From positions 96,001 through 160,000 of the IMG/VR virus record IMGVR_UViG_3300050821_007134: a DNA stretch of 64,000 nt; one strand, written 5' to 3'. A program made the position numbers and the translations under genes. Positions within the stretch are counted from its first letter, which is position 1; each line of letters opens with the position of its first letter. The DNA comes from a virus. The notes under the pieces were generated by a model that searched no databases, had not been told where the DNA came from, and worked only from the letters and a program-made list of their open reading frames with translations. Positions 27,495-36,702 of the stretch are shown piece by piece.

Positions 27495-29126
27495 ATGGAT
27501 GGTAAAAATCTTGGTGGCAAAGCTACGGAAAAAGAACAAGAAGCTAAAAGGCTTGCAATTCTTAAGGCTTACGTAGAACATGTAAAAGCAGGGTCGTTAT
27601 TTCCGACCAAGGCCGACATGTTTGATAGCGGAATTTCAAGAGAGACGATCCGACATTGGTTCGTCAACATGGCCAAATTGAGGGCCGCCGCCAAACAAAG
27701 ATTTCCCGATGAATTCCGAGGAGTTCTAGATATTGAGGATTATACATCCCCAGAATATCTTGCAAAACTTCGAAGGCTTACTGTCAAAACCAAACGATTC
27801 GTAGTTACGACTGCGATCAGCGGACAGAAGGTTCATCAGGAATTTTTAGACTCCATAGATAGTTATTGTAAATTAAATGATGCGGAACTCCTTTTAATAC
27901 CCAGTCACGATCCCGCGCATAATTTGGACAACGAAATCGAGTGGCACATGGATGATCCACTCGTTGATTATTACTGGATTTTTCAGAAACTCGAATTTAA
28001 TAGCAATATTCATATTAGTGACATTCCTGTCACAGCTAAACAGATTAACCCTACAACGGGGCTAGGACGCTTCGTACAGGGCCAAGGCAGTGCGATCTTC
28101 GGGTCACCTAAGCAAAGCCTTGAATTCATTCCAGTGTCGAATGTTAAGTATCCTCACGCTCTTATGTCTACCGGGGCTATAACAGTCTCTAATTACAAAT
28201 CTAGCCGTGGAAACAGTCTTAGGACTGCATGGATTGCCGATCACGACCATAAGGTAGGAGCAATTATTCTTGAAATTCAAGATGATAAGCTCTATCATTT
28301 CAGACAGATACAGGCAGATGAAAAAGGTGGATTCTGCGACATTGGTAAATATTACCTCAAAAACAAAGTCAAAAATGTAAGATCAAAACTTGTCATCGGT
28401 GACTATCACTCAGGACAGCACTCTGAAACTGCTCAACAGGCCTGGATTGAAGTTTGTAAGGCGGCCCATGTTGATGAGGTCATCTTACATGATCTCCATA
28501 ACGGCCTTTCTACGAATCACCATGACGCGCATAAAATGGTCACTCAGGCACGAAGGGCGGCCAAAGGCCAGCTTGATGCAAAAAAAGAGCTTGGGATAAC
28601 TGGTTCCGTTCTAAATCTTTGGACAAGCCTTGTAGACAAAGTCACAGTTACCAAATCCAACCATGATGAATTTCTTGAACGATGGTTAGATGAAGCTAGA
28701 TTCGCAAAAGATCCCTACAACTTCCAGCTCGGATGTAAACTCGCAGATGCAATGGTTGATGAAAAGGACCCACTAATCGTTGGTCTGGAACTCTACGGTA
28801 ACCTGAAACAGCCTAAGAAAATCAACTGGTTAAAGAGAGATGAAGACTACAGAGTTTTTGGTCATGAGAACGGAGCCCATGGAGACATAGGTCCCAACGG
28901 CGCAAAGGGTTCAAAAGCAAGTTTGGAAAAATCATACGGCAGCGCCACCATTGCTCACTCACATACTGCCGGTATTCTAAGAAACATTTTCCAAGTTGGA
29001 ACCACTAGTTGGTTTGATCTGGATTACAATAGAGGCCCTTCATCCTGGATGCACTGCTCATGTCTCGAATATGAAAATGGCGGTCGCCAATTAATTAACT
29101 CTATAAACGGCGAATGGCGACTATAA
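27495..29126 (+). CDS. HTH plus calcineurin-like metallophosphoesterase protein
   Basis: N-terminal 'GISRETIRHWF'; C-terminal GDYH, HDLHNG, SNHD, HGD and AHSH. Confidence 0.7.
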   Translation: MDGKNLGGKATEKEQEAKRLAILKAYVEHVKAGSLFPTKADMFDSGISRETIRHWFVNMAKLRAAAKQRFPDEFRGVLDIEDYTSPEYLAKLRRLTVKTKRFVVTTAISGQKVHQEFLDSIDSYCKLNDAELLLIPSHDPAHNLDNEIEWHMDDPLVDYYWIFQKLEFNSNIHISDIPVTAKQINPTTGLGRFVQGQGSAIFGSPKQSLEFIPVSNVKYPHALMSTGAITVSNYKSSRGNSLRTAWIADHDHKVGAIILEIQDDKLYHFRQIQADEKGGFCDIGKYYLKNKVKNVRSKLVIGDYHSGQHSETAQQAWIEVCKAAHVDEVILHDLHNGLSTNHHDAHKMVTQARRAAKGQLDAKKELGITGSVLNLWTSLVDKVTVTKSNHDEFLERWLDEARFAKDPYNFQLGCKLADAMVDEKDPLIVGLELYGNLKQPKKINWLKRDEDYRVFGHENGAHGDIGPNGAKGSKASLEKSYGSATIAHSHTAGILRNIFQVGTTSWFDLDYNRGPSSWMHCSCLEYENGGRQLINSINGEWRL

Positions 29127-29130
29127 TGGT

Positions 29131-29520
29131 ATGGGCAGAACAGACGAACTTGAAAAGGCCTCGACCACAATAAAGGATGCCGAGAGAAGACGGGACCAAG
29201 TCAGGCAGGAAATGTGGGATTTGGATCAGGAAATCAGGCATTTAGATAAGTTCGTTGAGATTCTGGAAGCTAACATTAAATTTCTTAAGGATACTCGCAT
29301 TATAGCGATGGCCAAAGAATTTAAGAAAGCCAGAAAAGATCTTGAAACGGCCAATACTAGAATTGAAATTTTAAAAAAAGACCGAGATGCGGCAGCTAAG
29401 GCATTGAATCATACAGAGATTTTCATTAAAAAGGCCAAAGAAAATCATGAGAAACTGTTGAGGAGTTTTAATAACAATGTGGTGCGCGGAAACTTTGGGA
29501 GCGGAAATAATGGATCGTGA
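29131..29520 (+). CDS. Coiled-coil hypothetical protein
   Basis: Heptad-rich, 129 aa. Confidence 0.6.
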   Translation: MGRTDELEKASTTIKDAERRRDQVRQEMWDLDQEIRHLDKFVEILEANIKFLKDTRIIAMAKEFKKARKDLETANTRIEILKKDRDAAAKALNHTEIFIKKAKENHEKLLRSFNNNVVRGNFGSGNNGS

Positions 29521-29725
29521 TGATGTGACTAAGCGCATCCAGGATGAAGAGGACTACATAAGGTCCCCTAAATTCGGGAACTCGTTAACTCGCTTAAAAT
29601 TAAAAAATCCGGAAGGTGTTGACGACGCCACTATTGCTAAGGTATTAATGATATCTGAAGAAGACGTGCAAAAGCTTTATGAAGAAGCCGTAGCGATGAT
29701 TAAAGAAGGTATCGATGATGAGTAG
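29510..29725 (+). CDS. Stand-alone sigma70 region-4-like HTH protein
   Basis: 'EGVDDATIAKVLMISEEDVQKLYEEAVAMIK' follows the sigma4.2 pattern; GGGAG SD. Confidence 0.6.
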   Translation: MDRDDVTKRIQDEEDYIRSPKFGNSLTRLKLKNPEGVDDATIAKVLMISEEDVQKLYEEAVAMIKEGIDDE

Positions 29726-30176
29726 AGAAGAAAAAATAGTCGATTCATTTAGAACACTGATGAACTATTTTTTACAATTAGAATTTCTCATTCCCGACGA
29801 AGAGCGCCAATTCTTCAGGAGAACTAAAGATCAAGTACTCCCTATTTTGGTTGCAGAAGAACAAAGACGCTGGGATTTAAGAGGGTTTGACGAAAATACT
29901 ACAACTTTAATTCAAGATATGAGCGCTTTAACCGACGAACAAAGAATGGAAGTAATCGGTAATTTTTGTAGGTATTGTGGATGCAAGAATCCCAGATGCC
30001 AATGTTGGAACGACGAATGAAATGCCAGTATTGTGAGCAAGAAGCAACATGTAAATGTGCTTCATGCCCATTAAAATTTTGTGACTTTTGTGTTGAAGAA
30101 CATCTTCACGGAAAAGGAATTCCAAGACGAAGTTGGGGTTCAAATAAAATTATGTTAGAGAAAAAGGGAGAGACAG

Positions 30177-30914
30177 ATGCAGGTGGAAGTATACTCAGAT
30201 GGAAGCGCAACGATCGCGACTAAACCCGGCGGATATGGGTATGTAGTTGTAATTGACGGAGCACTTGAAAAAACGGGCAGCGGCGCAATGCCACTGGCCA
30301 CGAACAATGATGCCGAACTTGAAGGCGCAATTCAAGGCCTGAAAGCAGCTAAAGAAATCATTTATAATAACCCAAGACATTTCAATGCAGAATCTTCAGT
30401 TACATTGGTTAGTGATAGCCAAATAGTTCTCGGTTGGGTCAGTGGAGATTTGCAATTCAGGCAAGCCACTAAACAAGACAAATACATTGAATTGGTTCAA
30501 TTGGTGAATCAGCTTCGGGTAAAGACTCGTTGGGTTGAAGGTCATTCAGGAGATCCTTGGAACGAGAAATGTGATGAACTCGCCAATGAAGCTCGTAAAT
30601 CTTTGTTGCCTCCAGAAGCAGTAAAGCCTAAAAAAGAGAAAAAGAAGAAACAATTGTCACCCCCTGAAGGTCAATTGTCACCCTCGACGGAAAACAATTG
30701 TAACCCTCAAGTCAATTTTAGCTGGAATCAGAAACCCGCTCCCGCCCCCCAGACTGAAGTCTGGGACCCTACATTACATAAATTCCTTCCCCAACAACAA
30801 GACATGAGAACCGATAAAGAAAAATTATTTGCTATGACTGGCGTCTATATCGACACCGCTGTATTAATTAGAGTGTTACAAGAACTTGTAACTCGCGAGG
30901 AAAATCGAAAATGA
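30177..30914 (+). CDS. rnhA: Ribonuclease HI with C-terminal extension
   Basis: YSDGS, TNNDAEL, SDSQ and WVEGHSG..WNE.CDELA. Confidence 0.92.
   Translation: MQVEVYSDGSATIATKPGGYGYVVVIDGALEKTGSGAMPLATNNDAELEGAIQGLKAAKEIIYNNPRHFNAESSVTLVSDSQIVLGWVSGDLQFRQATKQDKYIELVQLVNQLRVKTRWVEGHSGDPWNEKCDELANEARKSLLPPEAVKPKKEKKKKQLSPPEGQLSPSTENNCNPQVNFSWNQKPAPAPQTEVWDPTLHKFLPQQQDMRTDKEKLFAMTGVYIDTAVLIRVLQELVTREENRK
30651..30718 (+). repeat. Direct repeats of CAATTGT(C/A)ACCC (3 copies plus 1 degenerate)
   Basis: Copies start at 30651, 30672, 30695 and 30713 (degenerate). Confidence 0.7.
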
Positions 30915-31543
30915 GCGTATATGCACCACTTGATACTGAGACCGGCGGCCTAGATCCTGAAATCGCAGATCTGTTGACCCTCTACATATGCATTATGGAT
31001 GATAACTTCAATTTGTTAGATGAGCTTGATCTTCAGCTTAAGCCCGATGGTGGAAGACTCCCGAACGCTGACGCTGGCGCACTGCGCGTGAATGGCATAA
31101 ATATTGCGGAGCATATGGCGGACCCTAAGACAATTACCTATTCCGAAGCTAAACCTCTGGTTGTCGCAATGCTTAAGAAGCATTACAAAAAGATAGGTAA
31201 GTCCATACAAACACGTACCATGGGCCATAACCTACCGTTCGACAATAGCTTTATCTGGAAGTATCTCATTCCAAAAGATGAGTGGACAAAGCTAGTTCAC
31301 TATGGCATCATAGATACTAAGTCAAATACTGACTTCCTAAAGGATGCCGGATGGCTCCCAAAGGATGTAGGGACGTTGATTTCTTTGGTCGAGTTCTTTG
31401 GGATACCTAAAAGGGACGCCCATAGAGCTAAGGGTGATACACTTATGTGCGTGGATGTTTATAAGGCCCAGTTAGGTCTTATGAAGTCTAAAAAGGAGAG
31501 CGCACCTCAACAAGACCTTATAAGTTTACTTGAACAGGAATAG
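30911..31543 (+). CDS. DEDDh 3'-5' exonuclease (DnaQ-like)
   Basis: LDTETGG, GHNLPFD and HRAKGD. Confidence 0.9.
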   Translation: MSVYAPLDTETGGLDPEIADLLTLYICIMDDNFNLLDELDLQLKPDGGRLPNADAGALRVNGINIAEHMADPKTITYSEAKPLVVAMLKKHYKKIGKSIQTRTMGHNLPFDNSFIWKYLIPKDEWTKLVHYGIIDTKSNTDFLKDAGWLPKDVGTLISLVEFFGIPKRDAHRAKGDTLMCVDVYKAQLGLMKSKKESAPQQDLISLLEQE

Positions 31544-31692
31544 GAGAATAAAATGAGCGTTGGTAGTAAATTAAAAAATCTGGCCGACAGAGCAAAAGAA
31601 GTTATGGCAAAATTTCAAGCCAAATCTAAACCAGGCCCGCTTGAAGTTAAAAGATTGAAAAATCGCGCAAAACGTCGAAGACAGGGTCGAAG

Positions 31693-32199
31693 ATGAACTT
31701 GATTGAGCTTTTATTAAAGCCGATCATTTGGTTCTGTATCAAGACTGGTAGGGTATTTAATATTACCGGGACTGGTCCTGACACTGACATATATCTGATC
31801 AGATATTATGTCTTTCAGAACAAATACTTCAATGTTTTCATTCATATCTTCCTAAGATCTGATCGAGACGATATGCACGACCATCCGTGGAACTTTGGAA
31901 CCTATGTTGTTCGCGGAGCCTATAAAGAACAAGTTCCTGACCCTATTGAAGGATCTCCCGACAATTTAAAAATTAATAATAGAAGTGTAAATGAAAATCG
32001 ATGGGCCACGAGAAAAGCTACACAGCTTCATCGCGTTATAGTGAGTAAAGAATTAACATTTGCCCAAAGAGATCAAGGAACTATGACCGTCTGTTTCACT
32101 GGAAGAACCCGCCGTGACTGGGGCTTTGTTAAAGACGGTCAATGGGTTTTCTGGAAAAAGTATTTAGGACTACCTGACGACGCACCGACGAGGGGATAA
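31693..32199 (+). CDS. Cupin-fold phage protein
   Basis: 'YLIRY...HIFLRSD..HDHPW...G.Y.E...HRV...WGF'. Confidence 0.7.
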   Translation: MNLIELLLKPIIWFCIKTGRVFNITGTGPDTDIYLIRYYVFQNKYFNVFIHIFLRSDRDDMHDHPWNFGTYVVRGAYKEQVPDPIEGSPDNLKINNRSVNENRWATRKATQLHRVIVSKELTFAQRDQGTMTVCFTGRTRRDWGFVKDGQWVFWKKYLGLPDDAPTRG

Positions 32200-32672
32200 T
32201 GAAAGTTGCTAGAATTCCAATCAATAGGCTCGCCCTATCTAACGGAATTGAATCTGAAACATTTCAAGAAATGATTAAGAACTTGCCTCCCAATTCAAAA
32301 ATTGTAGGGATGGGAACCTCTTCTCATGAATTGGTTGACTACCTATTCATTGAAAATAACATGTTCAAAGATACACCTGATGGTAGTACTCCTCCGGACA
32401 TAGAAGCCATGTTTTCCCGCAGATATGATGGAAGTACATTTTGTAGCGGAGTCAATTGGAACAACGCCATGCCAAACCATAGCGCCGCCGCCCCTTCTGC
32501 TGTAAGTATCCAGCTCCCTCAAGGAATGAGTATTAATCGACAGGCTTTAAATTCACCTTCAAAATTTTGTGCTAAGGCCCCGTGGCCAAAAGATGAACAC
32601 GAATGGATGACCTATGTAAGTCAATTTAAGAGTGAAGAAATTTGTAAGTTTTGTGGTGTTAATAAATCATGA
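32199..32672 (+). CDS. Hypothetical protein
   Basis: 157 aa with C-terminal C..H..CxxC. Confidence 0.55.
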   Translation: MKVARIPINRLALSNGIESETFQEMIKNLPPNSKIVGMGTSSHELVDYLFIENNMFKDTPDGSTPPDIEAMFSRRYDGSTFCSGVNWNNAMPNHSAAAPSAVSIQLPQGMSINRQALNSPSKFCAKAPWPKDEHEWMTYVSQFKSEEICKFCGVNKS

Positions 32673-32876
32673 CCGCCAGAAGAGCATTAGAACTTATTTT
32701 ACAAGTCCATGGATTGTCTTTGAATGAAGATGGTCTTATAGTCTCCCAAGACTCGGGAGATGTAGTCGGAGAACTCCTGACAGTCAAATACGACGAAAAG
32801 GGCGGCCTTAGATATAGCATCAAAATGAATACCGCCATTGATTACATAGATTTAGATCTCGATATTGGAGATACTC

Positions 32877-35800
32877 GTGAAAGTTAGTCCCCATTGCCAT
32901 GCTGAAAGTCCGCTTACGGGAAGTACCGTTGCGAATTTAATAGCCCGAGCCAAAGAGCTTGGTAGGACTCACTTTGCTTATACGGATCACGGTCATCTTT
33001 CTTCTGTCTTAAAGGCCTATTCACTTTGTAAACCAGCCAAGAAACACAAACTAGAATATATGAAAAGGGGCCTTACTTTTATTCCTGGTATTGAAATTTA
33101 TTTCAAAGATCCAAGTTGTCCCATAACAAACGGAACTGAAGTCGCTCGCTGCAAATATTTCACTTTGACTATTCATTGCCAAGATCAAGATGCCTATCAA
33201 GAACTCGTTAGAATCGTCAGTCGCACGGATATGCCGACCATTGAGATCTATGAACAGACTCAACAATTATGGTCTTGGCCGGAACTTGAGAGAATGGCAT
33301 CCAAGAATATCACCGTTGTTTTGGGCGGACCCCATGATATCGTCGGCAAGGCTATGTTGGCCGGTAGAGCCGATATAAGCGAGAAGACGCTATTAAAGTT
33401 AAATACGATTTTCCATAATAAACTTTATGTTTCTTTGATTTGTGAGCCATGGAGCAAGAAATATCACAGTATCGTCAAGATCGACTATGAAGACGGCACC
33501 CATGATTCCATGTTTACTTCTGATCAAGTTCAAACAGATAAAGCTAGAAAAATGCCCGCCGGAGATCTCCTCAGTAAAAGATTTCACTCAAGGATTGAAG
33601 CCAAAACAGTGGGCGGAGTTTTCAATCTAGTCGGTAAAGATATTAAAAAAGTAACTCTACATAAGGGATTTCTGCCAATGCCTGGCGGAGATTTCATGAC
33701 CAAAGTAAATAGGCTCCTAAAGGCTTTGGCCAAAAAGCATGGCATCAAAATTCTAGTATCCGACTATGCTTACATGGCCAACAAAGAAGATAAAATCGTT
33801 CAAACAATGCGTCTCGAAGGAAATGATAAACTTCAGCCAAATCTCTATATGAAGAATGAAGAAGAGATTTTAGCTTATCTTACTACGATCATGGGAATTC
33901 CCCTGGAAGAAGCCCAAAGTTACCTTAAAAACAACGAAGAATGGGCACATTCCTTTGATCGTGTGAAATTAGAATACCCCTGGCGTTTGGCAGACTCGGG
34001 CGGCGACGCTTTAAAAATCTGTATGGAAATCATCAAAAAGAATGGCCGTATGAAGTGGGACGATCCCACTTGGGTCTCAAGACTTCGAGAAGAGTTAAAT
34101 ATCATTTGTCGGAATGGAGTTTATGACTTCACTCCCTATTTCTTACCCATTCGAGACGTTCTTAACCATTATCTCGAAAATGGCCAACTTGTCGGCCCTG
34201 GCCGGGGATCTGCGGGCGGCAGTCTATTCTGTTATCTAATGGGGATCACACAAATAGTTCCCTTTAAATATGACCTACCCTTTACTCGATTCTTTTCTAA
34301 AGCGCGGGTCGTTAGTAAGAAACTTCCAGACGTTGACGTTGACTTGGAAGACCGCGAGCTTTTAGTTGGTTCAGATGGCAAATCAGGTTACCTTTATGGC
34401 CGATGGGGTAATAAAGCGGCCCAAATTTCGACCCGTACTACCATTCGTCTTAAAAGCGCCATAAAGGACACTAATCGGTACTTTAAGGGAAAGGTAGAGG
34501 ACGAAATAGAAACGTTCACGGAGAGCCTTCCTGCGCCGCCACAGGGTGTTTCTGACCTAGGATTCGTGTTTGGGTTCGAAGACGATGAAGGTAACCAAAT
34601 TGAAGGCCTAATCGACCAAAATGAACAGCTTCAAAAATATGCTCAGGATAGGCCTGAAGAATGGGAAATCGTAAGTAAATCCATGGGATTAGTTCGAGCA
34701 TATTCAAAACATGCCTCGGCATTCGTTCTATCCAACGTTCCAATCAGTGAAACCCTCCCGACAAAAGAGGGATACATAACCCAGTACGAAGCCAAGGAAT
34801 GCGAATCGGCAGGCCTTATCAAATATGACTTCCTGGTAGTTAAACAGCTAAAAGACATTCGAATCTGTTTGGATCTCATAAATAAGAAAAACAAGGAATA
34901 TCGAGCCCCGATGTCGCCCGACGATGTTGTTGGTTGGTGGCATCCCGAAAGTGATAGCGGCGTTTGCGCTAAGTGTCAGAACGTAAGTGAAACAGTAGAG
35001 AATCTGGATGGACAAGTAGATCTTGTTTATAGGAAAGAAGCCAGACCAGAACATATTTGCGGAAACCATGATTGTCAGATTCTATTCAAAGATGTTCGCA
35101 CGGGCAATCAGGTTGGATGGTTCACCTACCAAGGGAAGAAAACATACATTTGGGATCTTCCAGAAGAAATGGCCGTATTCCAAGCGATTTGGGGCGGGGC
35201 CACCGAAACACAGTTTCAAATTAACTCAAGATCTATGACACCATTTGTCATGAATATTTTGCCCAAAAACATCATGGACCTTGCATCTATTCTGGCCGTC
35301 GATCGCCCTGGTCCAATTGACTACATAATCGAAGAAAAGGGAATCACAATGGCCGCTGAATACGTAGAGCGAGTCAAAGGTAATTCCACATCCGACATTC
35401 CAGAACTATTGTCTATTTTACCCAACACTTACGGAACGATCATTTACCAAGAAGATCTTGGAAAGATCGCAAAACAGCTCGCAGGGTTCTCAGATGAAGA
35501 TGCAGAACTTCTCCGAGAAAATATGGCCAAAAAGAAGAAAGAAGAACTGATGAACATGAAACCCTTATTCATTAAGGGTGCCGCAGAAAAATTGTCTCCT
35601 GAAGTAGCAGAGAAAATGTGGGAGATGATGGTCACGTTCGCTCGTTACGGTTTCTCGATCATCCACGCTGTTGAATATGCCATGATTACCTATGCTTGTA
35701 TGTTTTTGAAATATCACTATCCTTTGGAATGGTGGGCGGCTATCCTCACAAATGCAGAAGAAAAAGAAATCACAAGTCAATTTTGGCCTTATGTAAAAGA

Positions 35801-36653
35801 CATGGTCTTAGCTCCTGACATCAATTTGTCTGGAGATACGATGGTCGTGGATTATGGATCGGCTACCATTAGATCAAAACTCGGTATCATTCGCGGTATC
35901 GGCGAGAAAACAATCGAGCCGATCGTTTCAAACAGACCATATAAAGACATTCAAGATTTCGTCGACAAAGACGTTGCAGGTCCAAGCTTATCTCATAAGT
36001 TGATTCACGTAGGAGTATTGGATAGCCTTTTTCCCTCTACAGCTAATTTGATTGAAAAATTAAAGCTTTTCGAGGAAGCCCGCGAGCTGCGAGAATATCG
36101 AGATAGGGTAAAAGAAGCACAAGAAAAAGGGAAAACTGTCCGAGCGACCGGACCCAGACAAGCTCAGATTCCCGAGGATTATCAAAACTTAAGCCCCATA
36201 AAAGAAGCGGCCATGAAGAAGTCTGTTCTTACAAGTTTGCCAATCGACCTACACTCTTTGGGCGCCAAATATTCTAAAGTCATCATGCCATATGTCAATA
36301 GGCCTACAGTTATGAGTCCTCGCGGATTCGAAACACTTTTAATCAATGGAGCACAGCTAGATAGACTCGAACAGGTGCCAGGCGATCAAATCACAAAAAG
36401 TGTTTATGTTGCCGCAACATGTTACGTAGTTGAAGCCAAAGAATTTGCATATGCCAAAAATACCAAGAAGGCCTTGAAGGTAATCATGGACGTAGATGGA
36501 TTCGTAAGTGAAAAGGTGTTGTGGCCCGATTACAACACTGGCGAACTTATGTATCCGAAAGAATTGAAAAAAGGCACAATAGCCACAGTGTTCATGAGAA
36601 AGAAAGATGGACGAAAAGACATGTCCATCATGGGGATCGTCGTTGAAGGCTAA
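32877..36653 (+). CDS. dnaE: DNA polymerase III alpha subunit (family C)
   Basis: PHP HCH and TDHG, GRGSAGGSL, PDVDVD, KYDFL, IYQE and HhH GIRGIG. GTG start behind GGAG. Confidence 0.95.
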   Translation: MKVSPHCHAESPLTGSTVANLIARAKELGRTHFAYTDHGHLSSVLKAYSLCKPAKKHKLEYMKRGLTFIPGIEIYFKDPSCPITNGTEVARCKYFTLTIHCQDQDAYQELVRIVSRTDMPTIEIYEQTQQLWSWPELERMASKNITVVLGGPHDIVGKAMLAGRADISEKTLLKLNTIFHNKLYVSLICEPWSKKYHSIVKIDYEDGTHDSMFTSDQVQTDKARKMPAGDLLSKRFHSRIEAKTVGGVFNLVGKDIKKVTLHKGFLPMPGGDFMTKVNRLLKALAKKHGIKILVSDYAYMANKEDKIVQTMRLEGNDKLQPNLYMKNEEEILAYLTTIMGIPLEEAQSYLKNNEEWAHSFDRVKLEYPWRLADSGGDALKICMEIIKKNGRMKWDDPTWVSRLREELNIICRNGVYDFTPYFLPIRDVLNHYLENGQLVGPGRGSAGGSLFCYLMGITQIVPFKYDLPFTRFFSKARVVSKKLPDVDVDLEDRELLVGSDGKSGYLYGRWGNKAAQISTRTTIRLKSAIKDTNRYFKGKVEDEIETFTESLPAPPQGVSDLGFVFGFEDDEGNQIEGLIDQNEQLQKYAQDRPEEWEIVSKSMGLVRAYSKHASAFVLSNVPISETLPTKEGYITQYEAKECESAGLIKYDFLVVKQLKDIRICLDLINKKNKEYRAPMSPDDVVGWWHPESDSGVCAKCQNVSETVENLDGQVDLVYRKEARPEHICGNHDCQILFKDVRTGNQVGWFTYQGKKTYIWDLPEEMAVFQAIWGGATETQFQINSRSMTPFVMNILPKNIMDLASILAVDRPGPIDYIIEEKGITMAAEYVERVKGNSTSDIPELLSILPNTYGTIIYQEDLGKIAKQLAGFSDEDAELLRENMAKKKKEELMNMKPLFIKGAAEKLSPEVAEKMWEMMVTFARYGFSIIHAVEYAMITYACMFLKYHYPLEWWAAILTNAEEKEITSQFWPYVKDMVLAPDINLSGDTMVVDYGSATIRSKLGIIRGIGEKTIEPIVSNRPYKDIQDFVDKDVAGPSLSHKLIHVGVLDSLFPSTANLIEKLKLFEEARELREYRDRVKEAQEKGKTVRATGPRQAQIPEDYQNLSPIKEAAMKKSVLTSLPIDLHSLGAKYSKVIMPYVNRPTVMSPRGFETLLINGAQLDRLEQVPGDQITKSVYVAATCYVVEAKEFAYAKNTKKALKVIMDVDGFVSEKVLWPDYNTGELMYPKELKKGTIATVFMRKKDGRKDMSIMGIVVEG

Positions 36654-36667
36654 CTGTATAAAACAAG

Positions 36668-36696
36668 TTGACAATTGTGTACCAAAAGGATACATT
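36668..36696 (+). promoter_or_regulatory. sigma70-type promoter
   Basis: TTGACA-N17-TACATT in the gap after dnaE. Confidence 0.75.
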
Positions 36697-36702
36697 CAAG
36701 GA

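Noticed and set aside
32877-36653. Intein in DnaE
   Set aside because: Insertions lack N-terminal C/S block A and C-terminal HN motifs and are too short.
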